64,000 bases of DNA from Laetmonice hystrix (taxonomy: Eukaryota), in assembly GCA_965235115.1 (NCBI GenBank), contig OZ249436.1:55864001-55928000 (forward strand), read 5' to 3'. How positions within the stretch are numbered: position 1 is the stretch's first letter; every line of letters starts with the position of its first letter. A program made the translations under genes and the position numbers. The notes under the pieces are model-generated. The model had not been told where the DNA came from and did not search any database. It saw nothing but the letters and a program-made list of their open reading frames with translations. This document shows positions 35,501 through 47,100 of the stretch, piece by piece.

Positions 35501-36699
35501 GTGTGACGTCATACGTTGATTGAAGGGGAGACGATTTTTGGAGGGCGTGACGTCCTGTCTGTTCGCGCCCGTTTCAGATGTATCTTCCCGGGCGCCATTG
35601 GCAGTATCCTCTCTCTGGTCTTCGCTTTGAAACTGGTCGTGCAGGAAAAGCAGTCCACGGTTAGTAACAATGGTGTTGCCGACTTGATCTTCTGCGTCTA
35701 CAGCACTTCCATTTTTTCCAGATACGGGATTTTCGGGTTCTTCCGCTTGACCAAAGATGCCCTCACGACACTGAGGGTGATTTTCATGAGATGTCTCCAG
35801 AAAACTCACAGTGTGGCACGAGGAATAATCGAAGTGGCTCGTGGAACGGAATCGGGAGTAGGATCGACGAAGTGATGGGCTGGATATGCGACAAGAGGAT
35901 GCAGTCTGGAAGGACTTAGAGTCACTCGGCACAGGAAAAGTATTAGCATGTGGCTTCGATTGTTTCGTCTCCTCTGTTTTATTCACCGAGTCTTTATGAG
36001 CAGGAGTCGCCATTTCTGAAATAGATATGAGAAATAACGCTATTATGTTATCCAAATAATAATAGAGTGGATAATCTCAAAATTTCACCAATCTGGTAAA
36101 TTTTGAAATGTTCAACATTAAATTTTGGACCATTTGCAGAAGCAAGAACATGCATAAGCTCGATGTACATGAATATAAAATATTATTATAATATCACCCA
36201 AACCAGTAGGCCTCGGCCTAAGTTTGACAGGCGGATATACTATAGGCCCTATAGACCTAGTCTCACAGCGACTCTGACAACGGACTCAAACACTGTGCAC
36301 AGTGCCTTTTGAAACCCCGCTTGCCTTGTTGTCCGCCTTCGACTTTGAAATAGTCCTCGTTACCATAATTATCACTAGAGGGCCATTCGTTCTCCGGGGG
36401 ACCAATGTTTACGAAAATAGCTCAGAGAATGCCTTCCGGATGGTCAAGAGGGTCGATTTTGACAGTTATCGTACAACGTTCTGTTGGGTCTATCGGCCTA
36501 TATTTTCACTAAGCGACAGCTAAAGCCCCAAATATGAACAAGAAAATGGCGCTGCACTTACTCAAAAACAACCGAACCAGTTTTGTATTAGGTCTACCTC
36601 CTGCATGTTAAGACTCTGAATGGTCCGCGCTGAAACAGTCCGTCCCTTGTCAACCAATTCCAATAATTTCAGAAAACGGTTCTTACCATTCGCTGACAT
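26515..36699 (-). CDS. MARF1: Meiosis regulator and mRNA stability factor 1 / limkain-b1-like: disordered N-terminus, one RRM, eight LOTUS (OST-HTH) domains, Pro-rich tail; about 1441 aa
   Basis: Phase-consistent exons: 36699-36687 (MSAN, tentative), 36015-35150, 34465-34287 ([22 protein letters not shown]...[19 protein letters not shown]), 33789-33709, 33554-33410, 32980-32808, 32494-32328 ([14 protein letters not shown]), 32049-31832 ([21 protein letters not shown]), 31599-31461, 31299-31208, 30965-30920, 30587-30385, 30005-29778, 29361-29158, 28762-28483, 28282-28163, 28056-27943, 27572-26515 (ends [10 protein letters not shown]...). An alternative start ATG sits at 36013. Confidence 0.93.
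33994..34254. mobile_element. Kolobok-like MITE in a MARF1 intron; related fragment near 38340-38420
   Basis: TTAA|AGGACCTATGTATAG ... CTATACTTTTCCT|TTAG; internal TAGAGGGCGCCACCTAGAC-TTTGGGACAAGTTAACGG recurs at about 38359-38397, where it also ends in CCT|TTAA. Confidence 0.6.
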
Positions 36700-37761
36700 T
36701 TGAAGCAAAGTGTGATCATCGAATCAGTTTCATCCGGAGCCACACTATATGTTACATTTGTTGTCACCAGTGTCGCCAGACATTCTTCGAAATCTTCCTT
36801 ATGGCATATGCGCACTGCATGGCGCTGATATTACTCGTATCGTTTCCACTCGTCGGAACCGTTTCAATCCTGACACTCAACCAGGACACATCCATACACA
36901 CCTCAGCGAGCGAACCACGTGACCTTGTACGGGCTCTCGCGTCTCATTTCTATTTAAAAGGCGAATCGTGGTGTGGAAGGCCACATGAGGGAACTTCGTC
37001 GTTGACCATCTAGTCCAGGTATAAAAGTTCAGGATAACCCCCATGTTGCCTTACTCTATTTAGGCCCCCTGCTTCATTTCCAGGTTTCCTGACTTTTTAG
37101 TGAAACTAGTTGTCTTTTTGAAATGTGAACTCATTTGAACCTTTATTTACTATATCAGGGGACATATTTGATAAGCCTGTAATGTGATGCTTTCCGAAAT
37201 CTAGAATGAGCAGCTGAGAAGTCGAATTATATGTTGATATGGGTAAAAAGTGACAAATTATATAATGGATGTATTACATACATAGCGGTCTAATAAAAAC
37301 ACAACAGAATCAAAGAACATGTAGATGAAACCCTTTCAGTTAAATGCCTTTGAGTGACGGGCATCTTTTGATCAGTATTTTGTATGAAAGTATTTTGCGT
37401 GTTAGAAACGCATGGCCATGCTGTAGTGCCCCAACATCCCGATCCAACATCACCCATGAAAAAAGGTAGGCTACCATTGGTCTACACGTGCAGCGAATTC
37501 CAGAAACAGTGGCGTAAGGAGGACTGGGCGGCACGTGCCCCCACCATTCGAGGTGCGTGCCCCCCAGGTGCCCCCCCCCCCCCCCTTTAGAATTTTGAAA
37601 CCTCAAATCTGACTCCGACGATAACATGTGTGCCCCCTAAGTTGTCGTCCCTGAGATATCGAAGGGGGATTCGATGTCTATGGTCGTGCCCCCCTGCAGC
37701 CCGGACCCGAGCCATGCCATGCAAGTGCTGTCCATTTGTACTTTGAACTTCTGTCACTTAA

Positions 37762-37929
37762 AGCGACGGTCTCGTCCTCCAGCATTCTGCCATAGGCGTC
37801 CCTCCTAACGGTCGATTTATAGACGTCAGTTCCTGTGCTACAGCATAAGAACTGACGTCTATAAATAGCACATTGACCGTTAGGATGGCCAGCCTATAGC
37901 GCACAATGCTGAGGGACGAGACTGTCGCT
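37762..37929. mobile_element. 168-bp almost fully palindromic Kolobok-like MITE
   Basis: TTAA|AGCGACGGTCTCGTCC...ATTTATAGACGTCAGTTC / GAACTGACGTCTATAAAT...GGACGAGACTGTCGCT|TTAA. Confidence 0.85.
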
Positions 37930-39022
37930 TTAATCATAATATACACCGACGTATAGCAATATACATTTGCTATAATCAATGTTATTTGTTATATGCAATG
38001 TCAAACTTTGTAAACCTATTGGCTAGTCGGGGGAAGTAGTGTATCACCGCCTTAAATTGGATTGAAACTAGACGCGATAGTTACAACTCTATTTTTAAAT
38101 CTCTTACATATACCAACCATGCAGGTATAACAAACGTCTGTGCCAGGACTTTATGAGAACCACTGCAAAAATGAGTGGAAGGTGTACGGACATGCCCGGA
38201 CATGTGTGTGTGTGTGGGGGGGGGGGGGGGTAGCGGTGGAATCGGACGTTGCCCCCTCATTGCGGTTTTAGTAAGTTTTAACTCAAGATCTACTTCAAGG
38301 CAAGATATATTCAACAACGCACAGAAATCGATTAAAACTGATGCATCTTCGTAGTCATTAGAGGGCGCCACCTAGACTTTTGGGACAAGTTAACGGCTAA
38401 AGAAGCTCTAAGGTGCCTCCTTTAAAAATCCCCCCCCCCAAGCAAAACGTTCTGTTATTGAGTTGCCAGTCAATACGATAACCCCCACCCCTCCCCCCAA
38501 CCCCCCCCCCCCCCACCCCCCCACCCCCACCCCAAAAAAAACGTAGGCCCTCTAGGTAAAGTTATTTTAACATGCGAATTTACGTTTCTCTGATAGATCA
38601 TACCGAAAGACCCTTTCAAACCTTCCGCTGTCCCTGCTGGATAAATCTTGGGCATTATAATCAAATCATAATAATTACTTCGAATATGGCATAATTTATA
38701 TTGATTAGTTACGATTTGGCATCAGTCGATGTGATGACATAATCACGTGCCAGAACCTGACCTCAATACAGTGTATTAAAATAGTATGTATATCACGACA
38801 TGCCCGGCAATGGACGCGTCAGCGGATTGGAACCCACGTGATTACATAAGACGTGTTAAAACTGGGTATAATAAGATTATCGCAGGAACGAGACTGGCGT
38901 CCAGCTATGGGAGTACTAGGTCAACAATCCAGCTTGTAAACATTTAGGTCTCCTAGCTACGCGAGGAAAAGAGACTTATCAAAAGGTTCCTGAACACTCT
39001 ACGCTGTCAGTATTCATGCAGA

Positions 39023-41125
39023 ATGAGGGCAAGCTTCTACATCCCCGTGCTCACCGGTAAGATACATAGCTTCATATAAAATCAAACACTGTCAATGGAC
39101 TCTTGACAGACCAAATTTCATAAAAACCCGCTGCTTCCCAGCATATTGTTTTCTGACCGAATGCATATCTCTATTTCTGTTATAGATTTGCAATATTCTT
39201 TATACAAGAGCTATCAACGAACCGCTATAAAGACACTTCCATTTATGTTGATATGTTTCTTCTTGATGCTATGGATTTGTGCACGTATCTATATCTGCAA
39301 CATTATCTCCAGAGGAGAGTTTCTATTTCAATTTTATGTAGCTAGGTTACTTATAGGTCTATTATGCGTGAGGTAACCAGTAGGCCAAGCATAGTATACT
39401 GGTACACAAAATATACACCCGTTTACTCCTGTATGTTTTAAACTATAGCTAACTTAATTGGTTACCATGTATAACCATATCAACCATTAAAATTGATTGT
39501 TCAGTAAGGCTTATATAATATTCAATATTGAATCAGTCGCGGAATCAGGTGTGAAGAAACACGACATACATGTATTACTTTTAACACAATGTATCTGACG
39601 ACTCTATTAATTTTCATAAAATTGTGGTCTAATTGAATTCTGGAGGTTGACACATGATCTTCGTTCAATTCACCAAATATTTTTCATATCATATTGCAGT
39701 ATTGGTGCTCGCGACAGCAAACAAAAATGCTGCCAGTAAGTATTATTCTGACCCATTACTCCGTCGTCTTTGAGATTTTTCTAAATTAACAGAAAGTCAT
39801 TGTTAATATAGGCTTACAACATAAGTGATCAATACGCATGTATAAAGGCCTCCCTTATTATAGTCGTCACCGTGAGTATGACATATTTTACAGACAGCGA
39901 GAAGCCAGAGAACCCGGATCAAGCAGGATCCTTTGACTTTGGAACGGATTTGGACTCTCACGGTGCTAGCCTGTTGAGTTCTCTTGCAAGTCAGTTCGAC
40001 AGCATTTTTAACTCCGCTTCCGATACGGCGGATCTGCTGAGGGACTTTGGTCAGATGGTGGAACAGTTTGAGAGTTTAGGATCTTTCGGCGAAACGGAAG
40101 AACTTGATGACGCCTCATTTAGATCCGCCATGGGAAACTCGTTTGACAACATGGCGAGAAAATTCGCAGAAAACATGCCCGACCCGATGACCGACCCCGA
40201 AGGTTTTGCGAAATTTGCCGCCAGCATGGAGTCCAGTGTGTCCAACTTGGGAGGATTCGGGGAATCGTTACTTAATGACCTCTTCGACCAAGAGATGTCC
40301 CAAAGCATGAGCGAGCTCGGAATTTCAAACTTCAACGATGGAGAAATGGAGGCGTCGGATTTCTTTGAGCAAATGGATGCAGACTCGTGGAAGGTTATCG
40401 CGGACATTAAGTCGCACACGGACAGTAAGTTTGGGCTTACTCATCTTCAGGAGCGTAATAAACAATATGAAATCAATGACATTACATTGACCGTGAACGA
40501 AGCTCCTCTACAACTTTCAAATTCAGACGGAGTCTGTCTTGTGGGTGTCAGCAGAGAAAGCTGGCCAACTATATACGTATACCCAGGCTATTCTGAAGTA
40601 TATAGCTAAAGTAATTGGTGGAAAGAAAATCGAGACAAACCATTTTCGGAGGGACTGTTCCCGCCGTGGTTTCAAATATTTTTTATTAAAATGCTATTTT
40701 TAGTTTCATTGTTACTGATGGTAAAATGTCGGTTTTATTATCATGTAGTTTTCAACCTCCAAGACGTTTCAAGCGATGATTTTTTCGGCATGGTTGAGAT
40801 GGCGGGGGAACTGGGCGAGAACTTCGCCTCATTCCTTGCTCTCATCAATGACACGAGTCTGGCCACGCCAGAGTTACTCGGCCAACTCCCGCCGGAGTTG
40901 TTCGCCGTAATACAGGTATGTCTGACGAGTTTCTAAAATAAAGCTAGAAAGATAGCGGAGTTTCACGGGATAGAAGAAAGATAAAATGTTGCTTCACTAT
41001 AATATAAAATAAAATAATTATTATTTTCTTTGTATGTTAGTACAGTCAAAGAAACTATATATTATTTGACGTTCTTTGCTACAGTGGACACCGGTTCATG
41101 TAAAAATCGGGAGCTCTCTACACAC

Positions 41126-41170
<45 letters not shown>

Positions 41171-44100
41171 TGGATTTCACAGCCATCCATTCTCCAGATG
41201 ATCGCCTCAAACTTTTCCCTCGAACAAACCAAAGCGCTGTGTATGGGTCTCATGTATACCGACCCCGACACGGCCGGAGAGATATTTAACAATGTGGACT
41301 GCACGGAAGTATTGGCAAACATTGAAGGCGTAAGTAGACCTGTTTACCTGATCAATGCTAAGTAAGTATCCCGAACACCCGATGAAATGTTACCCGTTAC
41401 TATATGCACACGATTTCTTCAGGTCTTTAACAGTCTTATACGTTTACCGTTTCCCCTTTATTATAAAGTTCGAGTTTGATCCCGAGTACGAGGAAGCCAT
41501 AATGGAAGCCATGCGCGATTCTAAACCTCGGGACGAATGGTCGGAAGCTGACTGGGAGAGAATGGCAGCCTTCCCGGCAGGTTTTGAACCGGACGACTTT
41601 GACAGCATGCCGGATGATGTTCTACTTAAAAAGTAAGACTATATCACACGTACAACTAGGAAGAAATTATGTACTACGTGTGAAAACCATTATTAAATTT
41701 TATTAAACCATTACCTTTGTGTCAATTATAGCATGTAATGAATGACCTGTCGGACCACATTATTGGTGTCATATCTTAGGAATGGCTGGCTTTACAACAG
41801 GACTCGCTAAGCTCCCCAAGTAGGCCTAATTGCGTGGTTAGTGGAACAAAAGGATCCAGCCTTCAATTTGCCCATGGGGAAAACAAGTCACAAAACAATT
41901 AAAATTCACGTTGCAGCCTGGACAACTTTGCCGAGCATGTGGACGACATGGACGAAGGAGATCTATACGCCATGTTTGACGAGATGGAGTCGGCATTCGG
42001 GGACTTCAGCCACATCAACTCCACCATGTTCGCCAAGATGGGACCAATGCTGGAATACATGTCGATGGAAGATCTAGAGATGATCCCGCCCGATCAGGTA
42101 TTCTGAGTGCAGTGATCCAGTGGAGACATTTCAAAGGTCATAATAGATTACATTGTGTTAGCAACACAATTTCGTTGTTCTATCGCAAAGTTTTTGAGTA
42201 TGCAGTTATCTTTCCTATTACACCACAAGGTATACTAATTATGCATCTTTCTATATGCATGCTTCCAGAGATAATTCAGATGGAAAACGTAATTTTCAGA
42301 AATACGCCGCGTTGGATTCGTTCGCCGGTATCGAACTTGACGATGAGATGGCCGCCGAGTTCGCAGAAGACATCCTTGGTGTTATGCCCGCCTTCGATCA
42401 ATGGTCCCCTCTTGAATTTGGCCGGTGGGTATATGCTTGTATACATTCTAATAATACCTAATGTTTAACAATTGCCAGTAATGGTAAGAGAAATTAATGA
42501 GAAAAGCACTAAATGGCGAGGGGAAAATAGGGAAATAAAAATACCCAACCAAGAAATTAAAATGTGCAACATGCTTGAGTTACAGTTCGATTATTGCAAA
42601 CATTCATGGCATCAATGAATATCTTACAGTGCTCTGGACTTCATTAAGTACGACGAAGACGCCATAGGAGAGATCCCTATCGACAGCATCATTGGTTCTC
42701 TTGATAAGATGGGAAAATTTGACTTCGATGATGTAGAGGTAATAATGGACCAATATTCTTCCGATGGTCACTCTTACCTGTCAAATTATGTCGCGTGAAT
42801 ATTTGGGAATGTCTTAGGGCCACCATTGTCACAGTATAGAACTATAGTAGGCCTACGTCATTCACGCCTTCCACTGTCGTTGTCATGTAGGCCTATACGT
42901 GTCAACTGGAATTGAGGGAGGAAAAGTGGTAGGGACCCCAACTCTTAAAATTGGGAAGGGATACTCTGTATTAGGGCATCAGGTTTGATCTTGGCGCCCC
43001 AAATAATAATTGATTACCTATCGACCTGGGCCCGATCAGTGAGTGCATCTCTTACCCCTCCCCAACTCTGACCTTTCCATATACATGTATGCCTGAATGT
43101 TATTTTCGCTAGGGTATCTTCCGTTACGGCCCTCCTCCCCCAACTCTGCATATCTTTCGCGGCTACTCCAGATTTGCCTAAACTTTAATACCTTTGTATG
43201 CTCACTCCAGGCCGCCACCATCACTGACCGCATCATGGCGGACGCCACCTGGGGAGACGCCGTGAACTGGAACGCCACCATGATCGCCGACGCCGGAAGT
43301 CTCCTCAGTGGCTTCAATCCCGACTTCCTGCTCAATATTCCGGAGGACGCCATCTATGACGCTTTGACTTCCGGAAGCTCCAAATTCAACCGTATTGACC
43401 TTGAGCGGAGTAGTGTAAGACATTGTAGACGTTGTCATAACATTAATCTGCAGTTCGTTTAATAAGCTGCAAAAGCTTCTGCAACATAAGTAAAACATTA
43501 CAGTTACCAGGGCTTGAAAGGTCATAAGGTGCAGCCCCTTTTTTCTCTTTTGAATCTGTCAGGCTCGTGTCTTGCTGGACAAGGTCATCAGTAAAGTTGG
43601 CGGGATCGGCAATCTCAACACGACGATTCTGGGACAAGCTATCAAGGCATTGACAACATCGGAGATATCTCAGATCCAACCAGACATGTTAATCGATGCC
43701 CTTGGTCAACTTGACGCTGCTTACGATGATATGGACCAGGCGTCCAGACGTGCTGTTATTAATAAGGTACTGCTCGCCTACCAACCACTGGTCAATAGTA
43801 TTAGAGGGACTCGTGTGAAGAAAAGGGGAATAGAGATCATGATTATGATTAATACAAGATGTAGAAAGGAAAAATCACAAGGTGTCCATGACTTTAAGTA
43901 AATAAAAGTGTTCTTCTCGCAGGTAAAGACAAAATCAGATGGTCTGGATGAGATCTTCACCAAGCTTGGTCGGTTCTTTGCCGACCTCACCCTTGACGAG
44001 GTCGACAGCTTGCCTTATCACCTCATCGATCCTAAAACGGTCAGGAACTTGAAGATGAACATCCGGCCGTCTGAGTCGCAGGTATTAACCTCATGAATTC

Positions 44101-47100
44101 TACATTCAGCATTTAGTTTAATGAAGCGGATGATGCAGTTGACTGTCTCATGCAAAGTTTAACCTACAAACGTTTATTTTCTTTAACATCTTTCCAGACT
44201 GTTATTTGTAAATCTCTATTCTGATCGTCAGGCTCGCCGCGCCTGGTTCAATGTGGTATCCCGAATTGGGACACCAGACAAGGCGGCTGCCAACTGGACC
44301 ATCAACATGTACAAGACGCTCGACCGCGCCATCTGCGGAGCTCCCTGCAGTGTCCTTACCAAGATACCGGTCGGTAAGAAGTTCGCCTCCGTTATCGACA
44401 GCTACGCCAAACTTCAGAGGACTGGTAGCTGTCTGAGCGACTCCCAGGTAACTAAATCTGTACTGGCTGTTTGAAGAGTATTCACGCTTTCTTCTTCACA
44501 CATGCAATAGGCCCGTATTTAGAACGCTCTTGTCTCGGGGGATTATTCATTCTTTCCCTCTTTGAATCATTTCAGATGAGATGTTTTGCTACGCGGATCA
44601 GGAGTTATCTTTTCAAGAGTAATTCTACATCGCCAAACTACAAATACCTCACAAAGGCCAACGTGAAAATGATTGCTCAGTTTCTACCGTTCTTTAGGTC
44701 AGCAGCTTTTATAGTACCAAGCAGGAATGGTAGTAGTGGCATTGTAATGGTATCATAATGTAAAATAGCAAAAGTAGCGGCGGAGGTCGTTTGAATAAGA
44801 CCATTTCTTTAATGCAGTTCACATTTGAAAAATTTCAACACCTAGTTACATGCTAAATTATACAGTCTATAATTATGTTGTGATGTGATTTTTATAGCGC
44901 CGCAGATCTGAATGCCTTTAACGTCAGCCTATGCAGTACAGTACTGAACGCCATTGGCAAGTACCAGCTGCCCAACGTTGGTCGCCCAGACCTTATCAAG
45001 CTCAAGAACTACGCTCTGACATGTTCGGTAAGATTTGCTGATGATAAGAATAGGTAAAACGTTCAGTAATGGCTTTTTCTAAACTGACATTTAGAACTAA
45101 ATAAGTACATATACCTGCTTCAAGTCCAATGTCCACTCTTTGAATGGATACCGCGGACACAATGTGACAGCCTAAAACGTCCGCAGAGCCCAAAACGTCC
45201 GCGGACCGTTTGGGCTGCGGACGTTTTAGGAACACCGGGGGGGGGGACATTTTGAGCTGTAAAAACAAGTTGTGCTCCATCAGTTTGTGTGACTCTAAAG
45301 GCTATCTATTCATGAGGTGCAATATGATCTGTTCAACAGGGGAAGCTCGAAACGCAAGAAAAGATTACGGTGGGTGAGCTGCGCGCTGCCGGGGACATCG
45401 CCTGTGGGATGGAAGTGGTCGACGTCCCTCGCCTGGACACCAAGGTCTTTCTCACCAGCTTCAAAAAGATGTTTCAGCGCTGTCAGTACCCACTTGACGT
45501 CGGCGATGCACTGTTTGAACGGGCCCTCACCATCTTCAACATGTAAGTATAATAAACTATAGGGTTTAAGTAGAATACGTTCGTCGCCTGTCAAGAAAAG
45601 TTTCTTCCAAGTTAAAGAAATGAAAACTTAATTTACATGACAACGGATATTGCTAAGCATTGTTTTGTATATGTAATGCAAACAGCCAAGTAGCTTCACC
45701 CTCGAGAAGAAGAAGAATGGTGCTCTGAAACAGTAGGGAATGAGGAAATATACAATGTAGATAGCTAGAAGCTTAGAAGATGCAATGCATTGATATTTGG
45801 AATTCCGGGGTGGTAGATGCATGTGAACTTTAAATCCTCCATCATTTCCTTCTTGCCGTATCCAAGTTTAGTTCGACGTTCATTTACTATTTGTCTTCAG
45901 CACAGCAGATTCGTACAACATTACAGAGAAGGCACTCTTGAGACTCGGGCCTGCCGTCCGCAGCTTGAACGACACCATGCTTGCCAAAGTCCCACAGGTG
46001 AAATAACTACACCTTAGCCAGCTATGGTCTACTGAAATTTATGTAGTGTCACGTCCTTTCAATCATCGTATCTACCATGATGAATGTCTCAAGAAAAGTA
46101 CCCCTTTAAACATATTGATCTGTAAGAGTTTTACCTTGCATACCGAAGGCGACCGTTGTCCTGGTTTCTGTGAAGTAAACGATATACTGTAGTCAGTATT
46201 TAATTATGTTCACTTGAGAGATGCAAATAGTATTGCAGAGTAAGTACAGTATAAGATTTCTGTTTGTGCCATTGCAGGCCGTAATGGTGAAAGCTGTTGG
46301 TCGAATCAAGAAAGCCATTGATATTTTTGAGAAGAAGATGGATGTGATCAAGGAGTTTGGCATGGATTCCGACATGACTAACTCTGATCGGGCAAAGCTT
46401 GAAGACCGTGCAAAAACATTCTATGGGAAAGTCGCCAGAGATATCATCGCTAAACGTGAGGCGGCGGCGGTCAACAGCCGCCGACGTAGGAAACGTGCTA
46501 CGACATACTGTACGTCTGATTTGAGTGTGCTTGTCAGTTCAATCCAGAATTTTTTTTCACCTGCCTGCTTAACATGAATCTTTTTAAAAATCGCTTTTGG
46601 GATAGCTGGGCACTTTAACGGTTTCGGTTAAAATGTGGATTATATATGTGTATATCTGGATGGGGGGGATCGGCTTGGCTATTTCTCAATCGCTCTCTTT
46701 AATTGGCCTATTTCAAGGTCATTCACAGAGTTAAATATAAATATAATCTTTGTTGACCTCAGCCTCTCTGACCTGCTCTGACCTCAAGAAGATGGGTTCT
46801 GGGGTCACCAGCCTATCCATCACTCAGCTCAACCTAGCCAACTCGGCCTTCAGTTCGTGCTACGAGTTCCTTGGTCAACAGACCGCGTGGAGCGACGCAC
46901 AGAAAGAGCAACTGATCACTGTGACTAAAAGGGTACGTGAATCGGGAGGTGGGGTGATATAGATCTAATATAAATCATATCCGAGGGATGTTGAAAGCAT
47001 TTATTTTCTTTTTTTCTCCTGTTTTCGATTAAAACAATTCGTTTATTTTGTTCCAATATTTCTACCTAGATAGGCTATAGTCTCCAACACAAATTAACAC

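Noticed and set aside
36267..36480. Possible extra MARF1 coding exon
   Set aside because: The candidate acceptors give stops in the required phase, and the one open frame ends in a phase incompatible with the next exon. It could still be UTR.
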